DNA from: Catajapyx aquilonaris
Lineage: Eukaryota
Assembly (NCBI GenBank): GCA_000934665.2
Contig: JYFJ02000329.1
Span: 1 to 64,000 of the forward strand
Length of the DNA stretch: 64,000 nt
Direction of reading: 5' to 3'
In this document: positions 10,073 through 23,521 of the stretch, in pieces
Layout: each line of letters begins with the position of its first letter
Numbering within the stretch: the stretch's first letter is position 1
The notes under the pieces: model-generated
What the model saw: the letters and a program-made list of their open reading frames with translations, nothing else
Databases searched by the model: none
Told to the model about the DNA's origin: nothing
Translations under genes and position numbers: made by a program

Positions 10073-13005
10073 ATGGGTGTGGAAATGCCGGAGCATCAGC
10101 CAAACGGGGTTACACCAAATGGTAAGTGACAATTATTACAGCATTGATCAGACATGTTGACATCAAAACCCAGTTTTGTTTATCGATAAGAAATGGCACA
10201 TTGCATATATTTTTTTAACAAAATTACTTATCAATAGTCGCCCTTGCCCGGCGGGTCTCGAAAAGCATTTTTTTTTTTTTTTTTGATAACACTAGTTCCG
10301 ACTAGTTCACATGTTCTGCAGAAGCGATGAAAGGACTGCACGATGCACTTCAGAGCTGCGAATTTGCATGTGCGTACTCGGCAAGAATCGGATTGTTCAC
10401 TCTAACAATGAGTTGCTGGAGTAAACAATTCGTAACTTGCATATATTTTTGGCATGTCAGCCGTCACTTACCAGCACACGGAGTTACATATTGATCTATG
10501 ACCATATCAGTAGCCGGTACAATGTTGCGTCACTTGTTACAGGTGTTCCTCATGAGGACCCGATCCTGGCGCAGATGATCATGGAGAGGATCAGAGGACG
10601 CGTTGAAGTAAATTTTTTAAAACATTTTAATTAGTGCAAAAAACTAAGTGCACTATTTTCAGAAACAACTGAATGGGTTCGTGGGTCAAATGGAGACGCA
10701 AGTGACGGAACTAGTGGACGACATAATGCAGGAGATGGAAAATGCTGAGTTACCACGTGGATACCGGATGGTTGATGTGTACAAGAATGTTGACAAGAAG
10801 TAAGATCTGCAGACATTTATTTGCAGTGCTCGTATCTCATTATGGACATGTTCAAGTACAGACATTGCGACACACTGATACACGAGCTGATAACGCCCAC
10901 TTGTGACACACATTGTTGAATGATTCCGCGAGTACCGAGCAATTGAATCGCACTTGATCTGGGCTCATAGCCAAGTTCTAACCTCTATTATTGACGGCTC
11001 TATTTCTATTACTAGGAGGACAAAAGCAGGTGGTTTGCCTGAGAAGGAATTCATGAGCAGGAATTCATTACTGACTGATTTGCTGGAAGTCAATCACTTC
11101 AAGACCATCTACCACATTTTTATCGCAATTCTTATCCTGCTTTGTCTTAACACGATGGTTTACGACTTCGCTGCTACTGGAAGGCGAGTGACTTCTGGTT
11201 TTAACTCGAAGGGTTAATCACTGCCAGAATTTTCGAGAAAAATCGGATGAAACCGCATGCTGATAATTGTACAGAGGAAGTGACGTTTGTTTCCGTTATT
11301 TTTGCAGAGTGAACTTGGATTTCGAGCTTATAATATGGAACTTCTCCAAGTTACAAACTGTGATGACGATATGGGCGGCGATGTTTACGTCAGCGGTGCT
11401 TGTCTACATCGTGTTTAGTCAATGGGCGCACAGCAGATATCTGGCCAGTACGAAAAATTGCAGAGTTCGAAGCCCTCGCATATCACATTATGATAGGGCT
11501 AACGATACATCAGAACAATTCCCTCAAAAATTAATGCGCGATTCGTGTGTCATCATTAATTAATAAAATTGTCATTTTTGCAGCTCCTGACAGAAAATCC
11601 CTCTTGGACAAATCCATGCTTGCAGCTTACATCTTGTACATTGTCTTGATGTTTTATCTGCCTGTTTCGAAAGTTATGGAACATAACCTGCCTCCAGCAT
11701 CCAGTGCGATAGTATTATGCGAGCAGGTAATTGACTTTTAAAACCAGAATTTTCCACTTAGCTGTAATGTGCGAATTATTCATGTAAATGTTGCAGGTGC
11801 GCTTCTTGATGAAAGCTCATGCATTTGTACGGAGTAATGCACCAAGAGCAATGAGATACAAGCCTCACCAGGACAGCAACCAGGATGAAACAGAACCTTG
11901 TCCAGACTTTACCAAGTATCTCTACTTCCTTTTTGTCCCAACTCTGGTTTACCGTGACAATTATCCCAGGTAATTCTCATTTTCCTGCTTCTCCTTTTGG
12001 AATTACTGCATGGTGTACTTGTTTCAGGACATCTCGCATCCGATGGGGGTTGGTTGTCTTCGATTTTCTGCAAGTCCTGGGCTGTCTCTTTTACGTGTAC
12101 TTTGTCTTAGAGAGGTTCATGATGCCCTCTTTCCATCAGTTTGGACAAAAGAGCTTCACTCCCAAAGCCCTGGTGCTCAGCCTCTTCCACAACATGCTTC
12201 CTGGTGCTCTTATCCTGCTCTGTGGATTCTACTGTCTTCTTCATTCGTGGATGAATGCATTTGCTGAGATGCTCTGCTTCTCTGATCGCATGTTTTACAA
12301 AGTAGGTGACACTTGTCATGGACATTTCATATAGAATATTGGCAATATTTCACATGGTCATTTCCATTTCAGGACTGGTGGAACTCAACCTCGTATGCAA
12401 ACTACTACAGGACCTGGAATGTGGTTGTCCACGACTGGCTTTACACTTACATCTATAGGGATATTAATCTGCTGATGGGATCCAAGAGGAGTTTGATGCC
12501 GATGCTGACAGTTTTTCTAGTCTCAGTGCTGGTGCATGAGTACATCATGACGTTTGCGTTCCACTTTTGTTACCCAGTTATGCTAGTTATGTTTGGAGGG
12601 TTTGGAGGTAAGAATAGAGTTTCCCATCTTCCAATGGTGGATATAATTTTGTTTTTTCTTTGATGACAGTGGGCATGGTTTTCCTGACCAAATATTTGTC
12701 GTCGTCATCGTTGGGAAACGTTTTTATGTGGATCTCGCTCATAGCAGGGCAAGGGCTAATGATGAGCCTTTACAGCATGGAGTGGTATGCCAGGAAAAAT
12801 TGCCCTGCAAGCATGGTAAGCCATAGCAGTGACATTTCAAAGTAACAAATTTTGTTATTATTGTAAATACATATAGATGTAAAATTGAACATTTTCCCCC
12901 TTAATTGAGATCATACAATTTGAGTCCACTTGTTTCCAGGATCCATTATTGGACTTTTTCCTGCCCAGATCATGGATGTGCAATGCAGTCCAAAGCGTGC
13001 CATGA
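10073..13005 (+). CDS. SOAT1: Sterol O-acyltransferase (ACAT/SOAT, MBOAT family), about 531 aa
   Basis: Exons 10073-10121, 10543-10607, 10663-10799, 11016-11183, 11308-11447, 11584-11726, 11797-11969, 12028-12301, 12373-12607, 12670-12815, 12940-13005 (1596 nt, in frame). Motifs: [93 protein letters not shown], catalytic His in VSVLVHEY, terminal PRSW. The first three exons are less certain. Intron 4 has a GC donor. Confidence 0.93.
10181..10188. promoter_or_regulatory. DRE-like palindrome (TATCGATA) in SOAT intron 1
   Basis: Exact match to the Drosophila DREF-binding element near the 5' end of SOAT. Any function is inferred only. Confidence 0.25.
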
Positions 13006-13311
13006 TAATTACCAAAGATATTCCACGTTGGTAAGAAGACTGATTATTCCACTCGTTGGCTATGAAGTTTAAAACAGCGGGCATTTCTTGATATTATTTT
13101 TGTAAAGTTCCTAATTTGTTGTTAATATTGTTATTGCGCGTGTGTATATTAATTATCATCATGGTATATGTCCACAATGTACCAAGTGCAGTACTTTTAG
13201 ATCACAATTTTTAAATGCCATAGAATCCATCCGAAAGTGTATATTATTTTTAGATAAAAATTATTTTTTGCCGGTATATGTAAGCATGTTTTGTATGTGG
13301 TTAATTGCTGC

Positions 13312-13340
13312 AATAAAACACAAGCTGGTGCAGTAATAAA
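13312..13340 (+). promoter_or_regulatory. Putative polyadenylation signals of SOAT
   Basis: Two AATAAA hexamers (13312 and 13335) about 310-330 nt after the stop. Confidence 0.5.
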
Positions 13341-13615
13341 AACGTCAATGTATTTTTTTGTTTCTTTACTATTTGGCCTAATAGTAAAATACATTTACTG
13401 ATTCATAGTAGTAAATGCATTATTCCTTAAGAGGGCAAGATAGTTCACATAAATAATATTTATAAAACGGTCTATTAAAAAACAGGCAGCAGAAATATTT
13501 TTGTATGCACAGCCTCTGACGAAGGCACCAACAATACTTAATCAGAGCCACTTCAACATGGGAATGAGTCGATGCAAAAGGCACTTTCGCAGAGTAATAC
13601 TATTTGAACTGAGAA

Positions 13616-16600
13616 CTACATGCCCTCTCCTTGCAATGCACACAGTTTGTAATACAGGCCCCTCTTGACCAGGAGATCATGGTGACTTCCTGACTCCACC
13701 ACACGCCCACGCTCCATCACCAATATCAGGTTTGAGTTACGAATTGTTGACAGCCTGTGGGCGATTATGATGCATGTCCGCCCAACCTGGGCCTTGTCCA
13801 GTGCTTCTTGAACAACCTTTAATTACAATGATCGTTGTTGAAATCATAACTAATGTAACTATTATTACGGGCATACCTTTTCACTCTCTGTGTCCAAGGC
13901 AGATGTGGCTTCATCCAGAAGCAGGATTTTAGGGTTTCGAACCAAGGCTCTGGCAATGGCAACCCGTTGCTTTTGACCTCCAGACAACTGAGTTCCTTTT
14001 TCGCCAACTCTAGTCTCGTAACCTTGTGGAAGGCCGGAGATGAAACTGTGGATGTTGGCAAGTCTCGCAGCCTCCACTATTTCATCCATTGGGACATCAC
14101 GACTGTTGTCGCCATAAGCTATGTTTTCTGCTATGGTTCGATCAAACAGGACCGGCTCTTGGGACACCAAACCTATTTGATTCCTGAGGTACTGAAGTGT
14201 AAGTTTTCTGACGTCATGATTATCTACATCCTGAAATGAGCAAATTATTTTGGTTGCAATTGAAAAGATCCCAAGAATTGACAAACTGAAATCCTAGAAC
14301 ATAACTTACAATTTGCCCTGATAACGGATCATAAAATCTAAGAAGTAGTTGTATACACGTTGACTTTCCACAACCGCTGGTGCCAACTAGTGCTACTTGG
14401 TTTCCTTGATCAACATTGAGGTTGATCCCCTTCAATATCATTCCTTCAGGCCGACTCGGGTAGTTGAACTTTACATTTTCAAACGCGACTCGACCATGGC
14501 TAACTTCTGCTGTCTGATCGGTCAATTCAGGGTCGCTAATCTGGGGCTTTCGAGCCAGCAGATGAAATATCTTGGCTGCTGCAACACGTCCCTTGGTGTA
14601 GTTTGGAGCAAAAGCCATTGCCTGCCCCACAACCATAGCGCCCACGACCAAAGCTTCACTCACTCTGGAAACATTAGCAGTGCAGTTCAGCCAAAATCTT
14701 CAATAATTATCCGGTACATTTGTATAAAAATTAGTGACACTCACTTGAAAACAGCAGTGAAGGCAATCCCATCTTGCACAACCAGATAAGCCCCGTAGGC
14801 GATGATGACTGCATAACCAATGTTGGGCATGGCCTGCGAGAACCCATACACCAGTCCTCTGGGATGGGCGTTTCTCTTGGCAGTGTTGTGGGGTTTCTCC
14901 AAGATCTTGCTGTAATTGTCCAGAAAAGTGTGCTGTCGACCCAGGCTGGCCACAGTTCGGACGTTGGTGATGGCCTCCATGGCCATCCTGGATGCTCGCT
15001 CCAGACACTGCTTCTCGGCTATGTTCTGCTCCATGATCAGCTTGGTTTCCCAGACAGACCCCATGAGAATGAGAGGTACCAGGGCCGAGCTGGCCAAACC
15101 TAACTTCCAGCTGAGGTAGAGAGACAGGATAATGGACAAGGCCAGGCTGAATATCCCTTGGAATAAGGTCCCTATCCGATTGCCAGTGGCCTGAAAATGG
15201 ACAAAGTGTTAGGTGCTGAACTATATGCTGTGAATAGTTTGGCACAAAAACTTACTCCTTGGACACTAGCAGCATCTGATGATAACCGTGAACAGAGTGC
15301 ACCAGAGCTATTATTTGGATTGTCATACCAGCCCATTTCTTGTGACAACATGGCCGAGAACATTTTTTCCCTCAGACGCAATGTCAGCTTATCGCCCGAT
15401 AAGGTGAACATCGCAAACTGAAATGACAAACAGCAATTTAGGTTCTCTGTCACGAATCACTTTCTCAAACACTATATTTACCTGAAAAAACGCCGCTAGT
15501 CCTGAGAGAATTCCAATGCCTATAAACGCGACTGCGTAAAAGTCTCCATAATATCTAGCCGTGTCGTCATCTATGATAGACAGAGTCTGCAAGAGAGGCC
15601 AGTCAATCACAACAGTCTCGCTTATTGCACCATATGTATGCAAATTGCTGTTTATTCCATGCCAAAATGCTTTTGGTAATAACCTGATCGGAATATTAAT
15701 GAAGCAAGCAGCGAGGCGGACATTAATTTCAATACCTCCCATTAATCAGGCAATATGCGATGCATATACTTACGCCAATAATCTCTCCGAAAATAACTGC
15801 GTATAGGGGCATGCTAAACCCCTGAGCTGCTGATGCTATAGTTCCCACTAGAATATACGGCCATTCGGGCAGGTTGGCTTTGAATATTTTCCATAGAGAC
15901 AACTGAGGAACTCCATCATCCTGTAAAATGAGGCAATATGTATGACCTGTGTACTTTTATGCCGGTAATGCATACCGTGAGTTGCGCAGCTTCTGGCAAG
16001 CTGCTTCCACTGACATCAACCCCTGTAGATGTGGCACTGGTTATACTTTGCACCCTCTCTAACTCAGGCCTTGAAGGCATTACATCCAGCGGTTCTTCCT
16101 CCAGTACTGTGGGCAACTGTGCGTTTACCAGCTGGTAGTACAGACCCTTCATTTCCATAAGGACCTCGTGTGTTCCTTCTTCCTTCACCTTCCCTCCATC
16201 CAGAACAAGGATGCGGTCAGCAGATCTGATTGTGGACAGTCTGTGGGCCACTATGAATGTGGTTCGGCCTTCCTTGGCTGCATCCAGCGCTTTCTGGACA
16301 ACAGCCTCGCTTCTAAGGTCCAATGCGGAGGTTGCTTCATCCAAAAGAAGGATCTGGGGGTCTCTGATCAAAGCTCTGGCTATGGCCACTCGTTGCTTTT
16401 GGCCTCCTGACAACTGGGCTCCTCTTTCGCCCACCAGAGTTTCATATTGCTACGAGCCAAAAGTCATTTTTAGAGCATAACGTAATCATGTTGCAACCTA
16501 CTGTACCTCTGGTAACTGGTTGATAAAATCATGGGCATTTGCTTGTCTGGCAGCCTTTTCTACATCTTCCTGAGTGACACCGTCTTTTCCCATGCGGATG

Positions 16601-18915
16601 TTGTCTCCTATGCTGGTACCGAACAGCACTGGTTCTTGACCCACGACGCCGAAATGGGAACGTAACCATTGCAGATTGTGCTTCCTGATATCAACACCGT
16701 CTACCTTGACCTGAAATAGACAAAGTCAAATTTCATATTTCTTCATTACAGACCCCCTTTCTCATGAGGCCGTTCCACTTTTCACGCAATAAAACTATGG
16801 GGGAGAAAGGGGGGGGGGGAAAAATTGCGTGCGCTTGAACGGCTTTGTCATGCAAGACTTCACAACCGCGCATTAACTAATTGGCCAACTTTTGCAGTGT
16901 AATTACTCTGTGATAATTAAACTCACCGCTCCATCAAGGGGGTCGTAAAACCTTTGAAGAAGCTGCAGGATTGTGGACTTCCCGCAGCCTGAGCCTCCAA
17001 CCAGTGCCACTGTTTCTCCAGGACTCACTTTCAAGTCCAGGCCTTTCAATATCTGCAATTATTATCAAGATTTTTTTTACCGTGACTAAATATGCGCAAC
17101 GAGTGTACCCAACAGACTTACGTTAACTTCCGGACGAGACGGGTAGTTAAAGTGGACATTACTAAACTCGATAACTCCTTCGAATTTTTCTGGACGTAAT
17201 CCTTCTTCGGATGTGCTGTCTATAGTAGGATGTCGCTCCATGACGTCAAATATGCCGGCACATGATGTCTTGGCAGACGCGAAAGTCTCGAAGTAAGGCG
17301 ATCCCATGCCTAGAGTCAGGGCGCCCAACAGGAGGCACAGAAACACCTGCAAAAAAAACACGCAGCCTTGACACCTGCTAATCGAGCAACAATAATGAGT
17401 GTACTCACAATGGTAAGTGCGGCTGCGTCATACTCAGGGTCGGCTTCACCTCTGCCGTCCAGAATGAGCTTGATGCCATACCAGAAGGCCAGAGCATATA
17501 ATGCGTATATCATGAACCAAAATATTCCGTTTCCTAGACCAGAAACGATGGCGCGACGCACACTTGCACTTTTTGCATAGTCTAATCTCTCTGCGTATCT
17601 GAAACAATAATATTGTCAACATTTTGTGACAACCACAAAGTTGGAGTCTTTTACCTTTGAACTTCTTTGTTCTGTCCACCGAAGGCAACCACTGTCTTGA
17701 TGGACACCAGCACTTCTTCAGCCACGGATCCAGCTTTTGCATATGCGTTCAGTTCTTGCTGGGTGAGCGTGGCCTGCACCTTGGCGGCTATCACATTTGA
17801 TATGATCATCAGAGGAACTGCGGTCAGAATGACCAGGGTCAGCTTCCAGCCGTAGCAGAAAGCCACTCCGAAGCACACGGCGCACGTGGACAGGCAGTAC
17901 AGGCATATGGCACCCTTTTCCCCGATGCCTTCTTGGAGCTTCTGAAGGTTCCTACAAGCATGAGGATTAATTAGGCAAAATGGGATTATTACGATAATAA
18001 ATAAAACAACAAGTACATAAATTAGAAATAAATGAATTTTAAAATGGACATTGATGCGTAAGAAAAATAAAATAAATTCTGACATCTGGTGTACAATGCC
18101 ATTGGTGACAGTGACACTTACTCGGTGATTTTACTACAGAAGTCTGTAGTTGCGTGGGTGTCATACCAGCCAACGTCTTGGCGTAGCATGGCTTTCAGAA
18201 AGCCTATCCGGATGCGGTATATCTAAAATGCAATCAGGTGTCAGTACCATTATTAATAAACTCGTAAAGGTGCATGACCTACTTGTTTCTCTGCCGTGTA
18301 GCTGAAGCACAAGACAAATATATATCCCATTACGATTTGAACCGCAGACACTATTATGACGTTCATTCCGTATTTTTGGGCTTCCCAGAGGAACGTGTCT
18401 TGGACGGATTTGTTGGCAGTCCTGGACCAAAAATAATGGGGATGAGACGCACTGGCTGGTACACAAAGACGATATAACTTTAATGAGAAGCTTACGTAAT
18501 GTTTTCGGCAAGGTCCACAAACGCCTGCGCAATATCTCCAAACATAATGAGTGTTGCAGGGAGTGTGAACCCCATGAGTATTGCAGTTAAAACACCGAAG
18601 GCTAATATTATCCTTTCCAGCGGTATCGAATGACGAAACTGAAAAAAAATATATTTATAAAGTACAATTGCTTGATGACTATTTGGTGAGACATACCAAC
18701 TGGAAGAATGACAAAGCAGGAGGTGCATCTTTGTCTTCATCCGCTTGTTTGTTGTCTATTTCTTTAGCATTTTTTTCATACTTTCTTTTGGCTAACCATG
18801 CCCTCCATGTGTTTCGTCCATTTTCCACTGCTGTTATCTTGTGAGTTCCATTGGGCCACTTTTTGGGAGACTCCGGGTCCTCCTTTGAGTCCGTGTCGAT
18901 TATTGTTAGCTCCAT
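13616..18915 (-). CDS. ABCB1: ABCB1/P-glycoprotein (Mdr)-like full ABC transporter, paralog A, 1295 aa
   Basis: Seventeen exons: 18915-18697, 18638-18496, 18421-18283, 18222-18122, 17951-17655, 17598-17409, 17346-17122, 17052-16927, 16710-16507, 16449-15976, 15920-15774, 15586-15482, 15417-15256, 15190-14745, 14664-14310, 14230-13877, 13816-13616 (3888 nt, in frame). TMD-NBD-TMD-NBD layout. Walker A GGSGCGKS and GTSGCGKS; both NBDs have [26 protein letters not shown] and AHRLSTI. Confidence 0.96.
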
Positions 18916-21006
18916 ATTCAACAGTTATGATTTTTGGGAGCTGAAATGACATATGTGGATAAATCAAACAATGACTCCCCCCCCCCCATCCCACAATATC
19001 AAGCACCACAATATGTGGGTTTGCGTGCTGATAGCCGGTTAATTCTGGACTTCATAATATTACATGGATTTAGGGGCCGTTCACATGGTATAGAACTATA
19101 GATTCCTATCGACAACCTTTGTTACAACTTGTAGCCTGCTTGTAGCTCTATATGAACGGAGCATAGCAAAATGATCTGGCTCAGGACATTGCTTCCAATC
19201 GACAGTGGTACGCTAATTGACTTCTATTGTACAGCTGTGTTGACGGCAGGTGAGCACACAAGGAAGGTCATTCGCATTACATGAAGGAATAATGTCCGAT
19301 GTGCTTACAGTATAGAAGGATTCAACTGTAGGTTACTTTGTCAGTTACATTCACCTAATAAGCTTGTGTGACCTTGAACCCCCCAAAAAATTCGCCTGCG
19401 ACGGGCTTCTCCACACAAATATCAGTTCCCCGGGGACACATAGTATTAATACGGCCTTGATTACGTGACGTAAGTTTCGTGACTTGTCAAGTTAATACGT
19501 ATTAAACTTCTGAAGGTGGAGCAGGAAAAAGGTGGAACATATAATTACCAAATTATGTAAAAATCACATACAAAGGTGAAAAATGATGGAGTAAAAAAGC
19601 GGTGTTTTCCAGCATCGTTTGAATTTCAAACATGCCATTGCCGAGTGATAATGCGACTTTTTGCCCACAGCAGTTCATTGGGTGAACTATAAATATGCCA
19701 ATGTCAGAGTAAGACAAAGATATTAGTGTGTTAAGTAGGGCTAATCCCAATGCTGTCAATTTTTATTGCCACATGTTGTACACTGTCCAGCGCAGCGTTT
19801 CGCACATGTGGTAGGTCCATATAGGTGAAGGGCAATTAATTAATTTCTTTCCCGATCAAAGCAGGATTCTAATCACGTGTCATGCCGGTCCTGAATATGA
19901 CACTGAAAGCAAGTACCAATCAAGTCGTAAACATAAGGTGACATTGAGCCTCAGTCCTTACTGCTACCAGGTATTGGGAGTTCAGGAGGTGAGAGTGAAG
20001 GACTTCCTGTATTACATTTTTGTAAAGTGTAATGTGTTTCATATAGAATTTATTCCGTTTTGTCAGATAATATAGTCATGTCATTCAGATTACCTATATG
20101 GCATTATTACCACACTATGACTAATGTAACGCTCACGAATGTGACAGTCATTTCTGAGTGATGCGTTACATGTACCGCCTCGAGACAAAAAAATAGTTAG
20201 CCTAGTTACATGCACCCGCAACTCCACCGAAGAGTAAAGAAATCAATGAAAACATTATTGTGCTTAATGGAGTGAGGTCAAGTCACATTATACAGCATGT
20301 CAAGTTGTCTTGACAGTATATATGTGACTCTTTGCATTGAATTTATAATACCAGCTCTTGATATTACTATTGACGTGCTGAAACATGTCAGCTACATTGC
20401 CTGAAACTATTTTGAAGTAATTATTCGCAACATTATTTAAAACGCAGTGTATCAAAATGATATACACATGCCATTACCAATGTTCCAATTATGTAATGAC
20501 ACCACTATGATATAATTTGCGCATGCATGTCGATAAGAATAGCGCCCTTCCTCAAATTGCGTAACCCCAGATAACTGTACATAAACTCATAGTCAGGAAG
20601 GGCTATAAATCACATGTGGCTTCACCACAACTATACGATGCCCCAATCACAATTAATCCCATGTAAAGCATGTTGCATTGTAAGAAGTACACAACTTGTC
20701 AATGAAGTTTCAACTAATTGCATCATTAACTGGCCCACCCTGTACACGAAGGCCAAACATTCCAGACATTCTATTGGAAAAACCCCACTGGTTACAACTC
20801 ACCAGTGTTGTTCCACAATGCGACGAACCATCCTTTGTCGTGCAAAACACTACACTGAATGACTCTTCGCGTTTGCGCTCCAAGCCCAGTCGATATATAA
20901 ATTCACCTTCACCCCGAAATAAACCAGAGAAAAGCCACCAGCTGAGCCGGTTCAAGGTCCTATTTTTTTGTTGCAAAAGTTACACCACATGGCGGCATCG
21001 TCTTAC

Positions 21007-21050
21007 CTTCTCCGTTCACACCAGAACGAGCACATCGTCTCCTGTGACTG
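21007..21050 (-). promoter_or_regulatory. Candidate non-coding first exon / TSS region of ABCB paralog A
   Basis: The ATG exon starts at an acceptor (CATTTCAG|, 18940) with an in-frame stop before the ATG, implying an upstream UTR exon. A strong donor GAAG|GTAAGA lies at 21007/21006, an Inr-like CCAGTC at 21051-21046, and TGAGTCA at 21085-21091. Confidence 0.35.
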
Positions 21051-22322
21051 GTCAAGAGGTCGAGATTTCCAGGTCCGATGTCCCTGAGTCACAAGGGTAC
21101 ACTGCGTGCGTAGGTTTTTGGTGGAGCTCTGGGGGGAATCCAATGCCTAAGGACAGTTTCAACCAGTTTATCTGCCAACTGCTCCCCCCCCNCCCCCCCC
21201 CCCCCCGTTTTTTTTTACTTACTAATGTTTTTTTGTAGTTGGCATTAGTAGTAATTTGCAAGGCTAGTTGCTTGGAATTGGTTGTGACGTAATTGGTGAC
21301 GTTGAATCAATTTATGCGTTTTAAAAGAACGGGTTTATCGGCTGAGTGCGTCAGGGTTTGGTGAAAACGGATTTTTTTTACCTACTTGGCAACCTTTTTC
21401 CATGGGCACGATCCCAGAGGAATGTGTCTTATTGAATGAAGCGTCACTTTTTCTGACTGGAAAGCATGATCGATATTGTGTCGAATTTAAGATTGCAGGA
21501 TGAGCCTAAATGTTTCTTTCAAGAGGCACTTATTATTCATAGTTTGTCATCGCGAGCGTATCGTAAAGTGGAAGTCACCTTCCTGTTGACAATCCCTTGA
21601 CTCGATAGGAAAGTCATGCGAAAGTGATAATAGTTAGTCACAGTTTTCACATGATTTACGTATGCACACTATACACCATTGTAATATTACTATATAAAAT
21701 GTGCGAAATTTTTCAACACCTGTTTCACCAACTGAAATCTCCGGAACACACACGTATCCATGAGTCTTTTGCCGACTAGTCCTGAACATAAAATAATACC
21801 AATAGACACGAAAGGTCTGCCTGACCACGTATGAACTACATGTGACATTGCTGCAGAAGTAAGTCAAGGGAGGTGGATAGTGCGACAATGTATGAAATCA
21901 TATCGGGAAGCGACATGTGGCCTGTACCTATGAAGGGTGAGGGATGTATATTGTCCTGCTATTGTGAAGCATAATTAACATCAGTCATGCCCCCTCAGCA
22001 CCATTCTGCGAGACCGATATCGCTGCTTCACGCTGGCATCAGGTCAACGACTTGCGCAATATTGCGATGTTGCATAAAATAATTCTGACGGTGCCAGGAC
22101 CATACTGTACGTAGGGTTCCATTTCCGCCTAACCATTGTAACAAAAATTGCTAGTGTAAAAGTACGCCTGTAGCACCAATATCGCATAATCACAATAATT
22201 ACGTAGCAGCACATGGTAAAGCCATTGCCTGAATGAGTACCATCTGCAGAAATTAATTATTGGGCGTGTACTTTCTGCACCCAACTGTATCATGCGGCTT
22301 GTTCAGTGACATTGAGGATAAA

Positions 22323-22356
22323 TACAGCGTACAGCGTACAGCGTACCTTACAGCGT
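22323..22356. repeat. 7-bp tandem repeat (TACAGCG)n
   Basis: TACAGCGTACAGCGTACAGCGTACCTTACAGCGTAC. Confidence 0.7.
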
Positions 22357-23050
22357 ACACACACATTTTTCACTCTTGTTGCTGGTTATTGTCACATCTG
22401 CTTATGTCGCAATCAACAGCCATCAATGTCGAAAGGTGCGCCAAGCCTGCTGTTACTTCTCGTATTCATGATTCTAACTGAGTCGCATCTGCATAATAAT
22501 AGTGTATCCTATGCAACATTCAGATTCACTGTTCTGCGGGGAGCAGTAAAGATCTGCATTTTAGACCTATATACAATAAACAGCAACACTTTCTGCACCA
22601 TAGCCAGGCATATATTATAGCACATTGCACAAGACGCACATGTGGATCAGAACTTCACGACAGCATTAACGCGATAAAGAGGGAAACTAATTATTACGAA
22701 CTGCATTAAACCTCTAGTAAAGGTGTAAACCATTTTATCAAATAATGAACCGAAACTTACTGAGGAGACATGTGCCAGAACGACTAAAATAAAGGTGGCT
22801 ATTTTTGAGCACCAGGAAGTGAAAGATTTTTTAAATCCTACTAAACTAAATGCGTACAGGGTATTCCTCTCGATTATTCCTCTGCCCAAGTTGACGATCC
22901 GTAGATGGGAGACGAGGACGAGTTGTTGTATTAATCACTATTTGCACATATCGAACCCCTAATGCATTTCCTCAACATTTGGCTGAAGAAATTGAATAAC
23001 TTATCACTGAATAGCAATAGCGACTACACTTAGACGCCAGTAAAATCAAT

Positions 23051-23056
23051 TTTATT
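23051..23056 (-). promoter_or_regulatory. Putative polyadenylation signal of ABCB paralog B
   Basis: AATAAA on the minus strand, about 70 nt after the spliced stop at 23127. Confidence 0.5.
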
Positions 23057-23126
23057 CGTTTTCTCTCTCTACTCTTGCTTGTAGAATCACTAGAATCGTC
23101 ATCAATTGATCCTAGCTTTTAGTGCT

Positions 23127-23485
23127 TCAGCTAGTTGACGGTACCTGAATATGTAAAATACCACATTAAATATCAATGCTCGTATCTGTTATCAAATTTG
23201 CACATTCATCCTCTGCACTCACCTTGTCCTCCGCAGAATGATACAGCCTGTAATAGAGGCCTCCAAGATCCAGTAGTTCGTTGTGAGTCCCAGCCTCCAC
23301 TATCACCCCATGATCTATGACCACTATGAGATCAGACCCGCAAATCGTTGACAATCGATGCGCAATCACTATACATGTCCTTCCTTCCTGCGCCTTCTCC
23401 AGAGCCGCTTGAACCAACTGCAAACCAAATGTTATAGTTATAGTGTTATAGTTATGTTATTAGTAACATGTAACTGACTTATAGG

Positions 23486-23521
<36 letters not shown>

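Noticed and set aside
11806..11832. SOAT MKAHAF instead of vertebrate MKAHSF, as a sign of inactivation
   Set aside because: The change is conservative, the catalytic His and FYxDWWN are intact and the ORF is uninterrupted.
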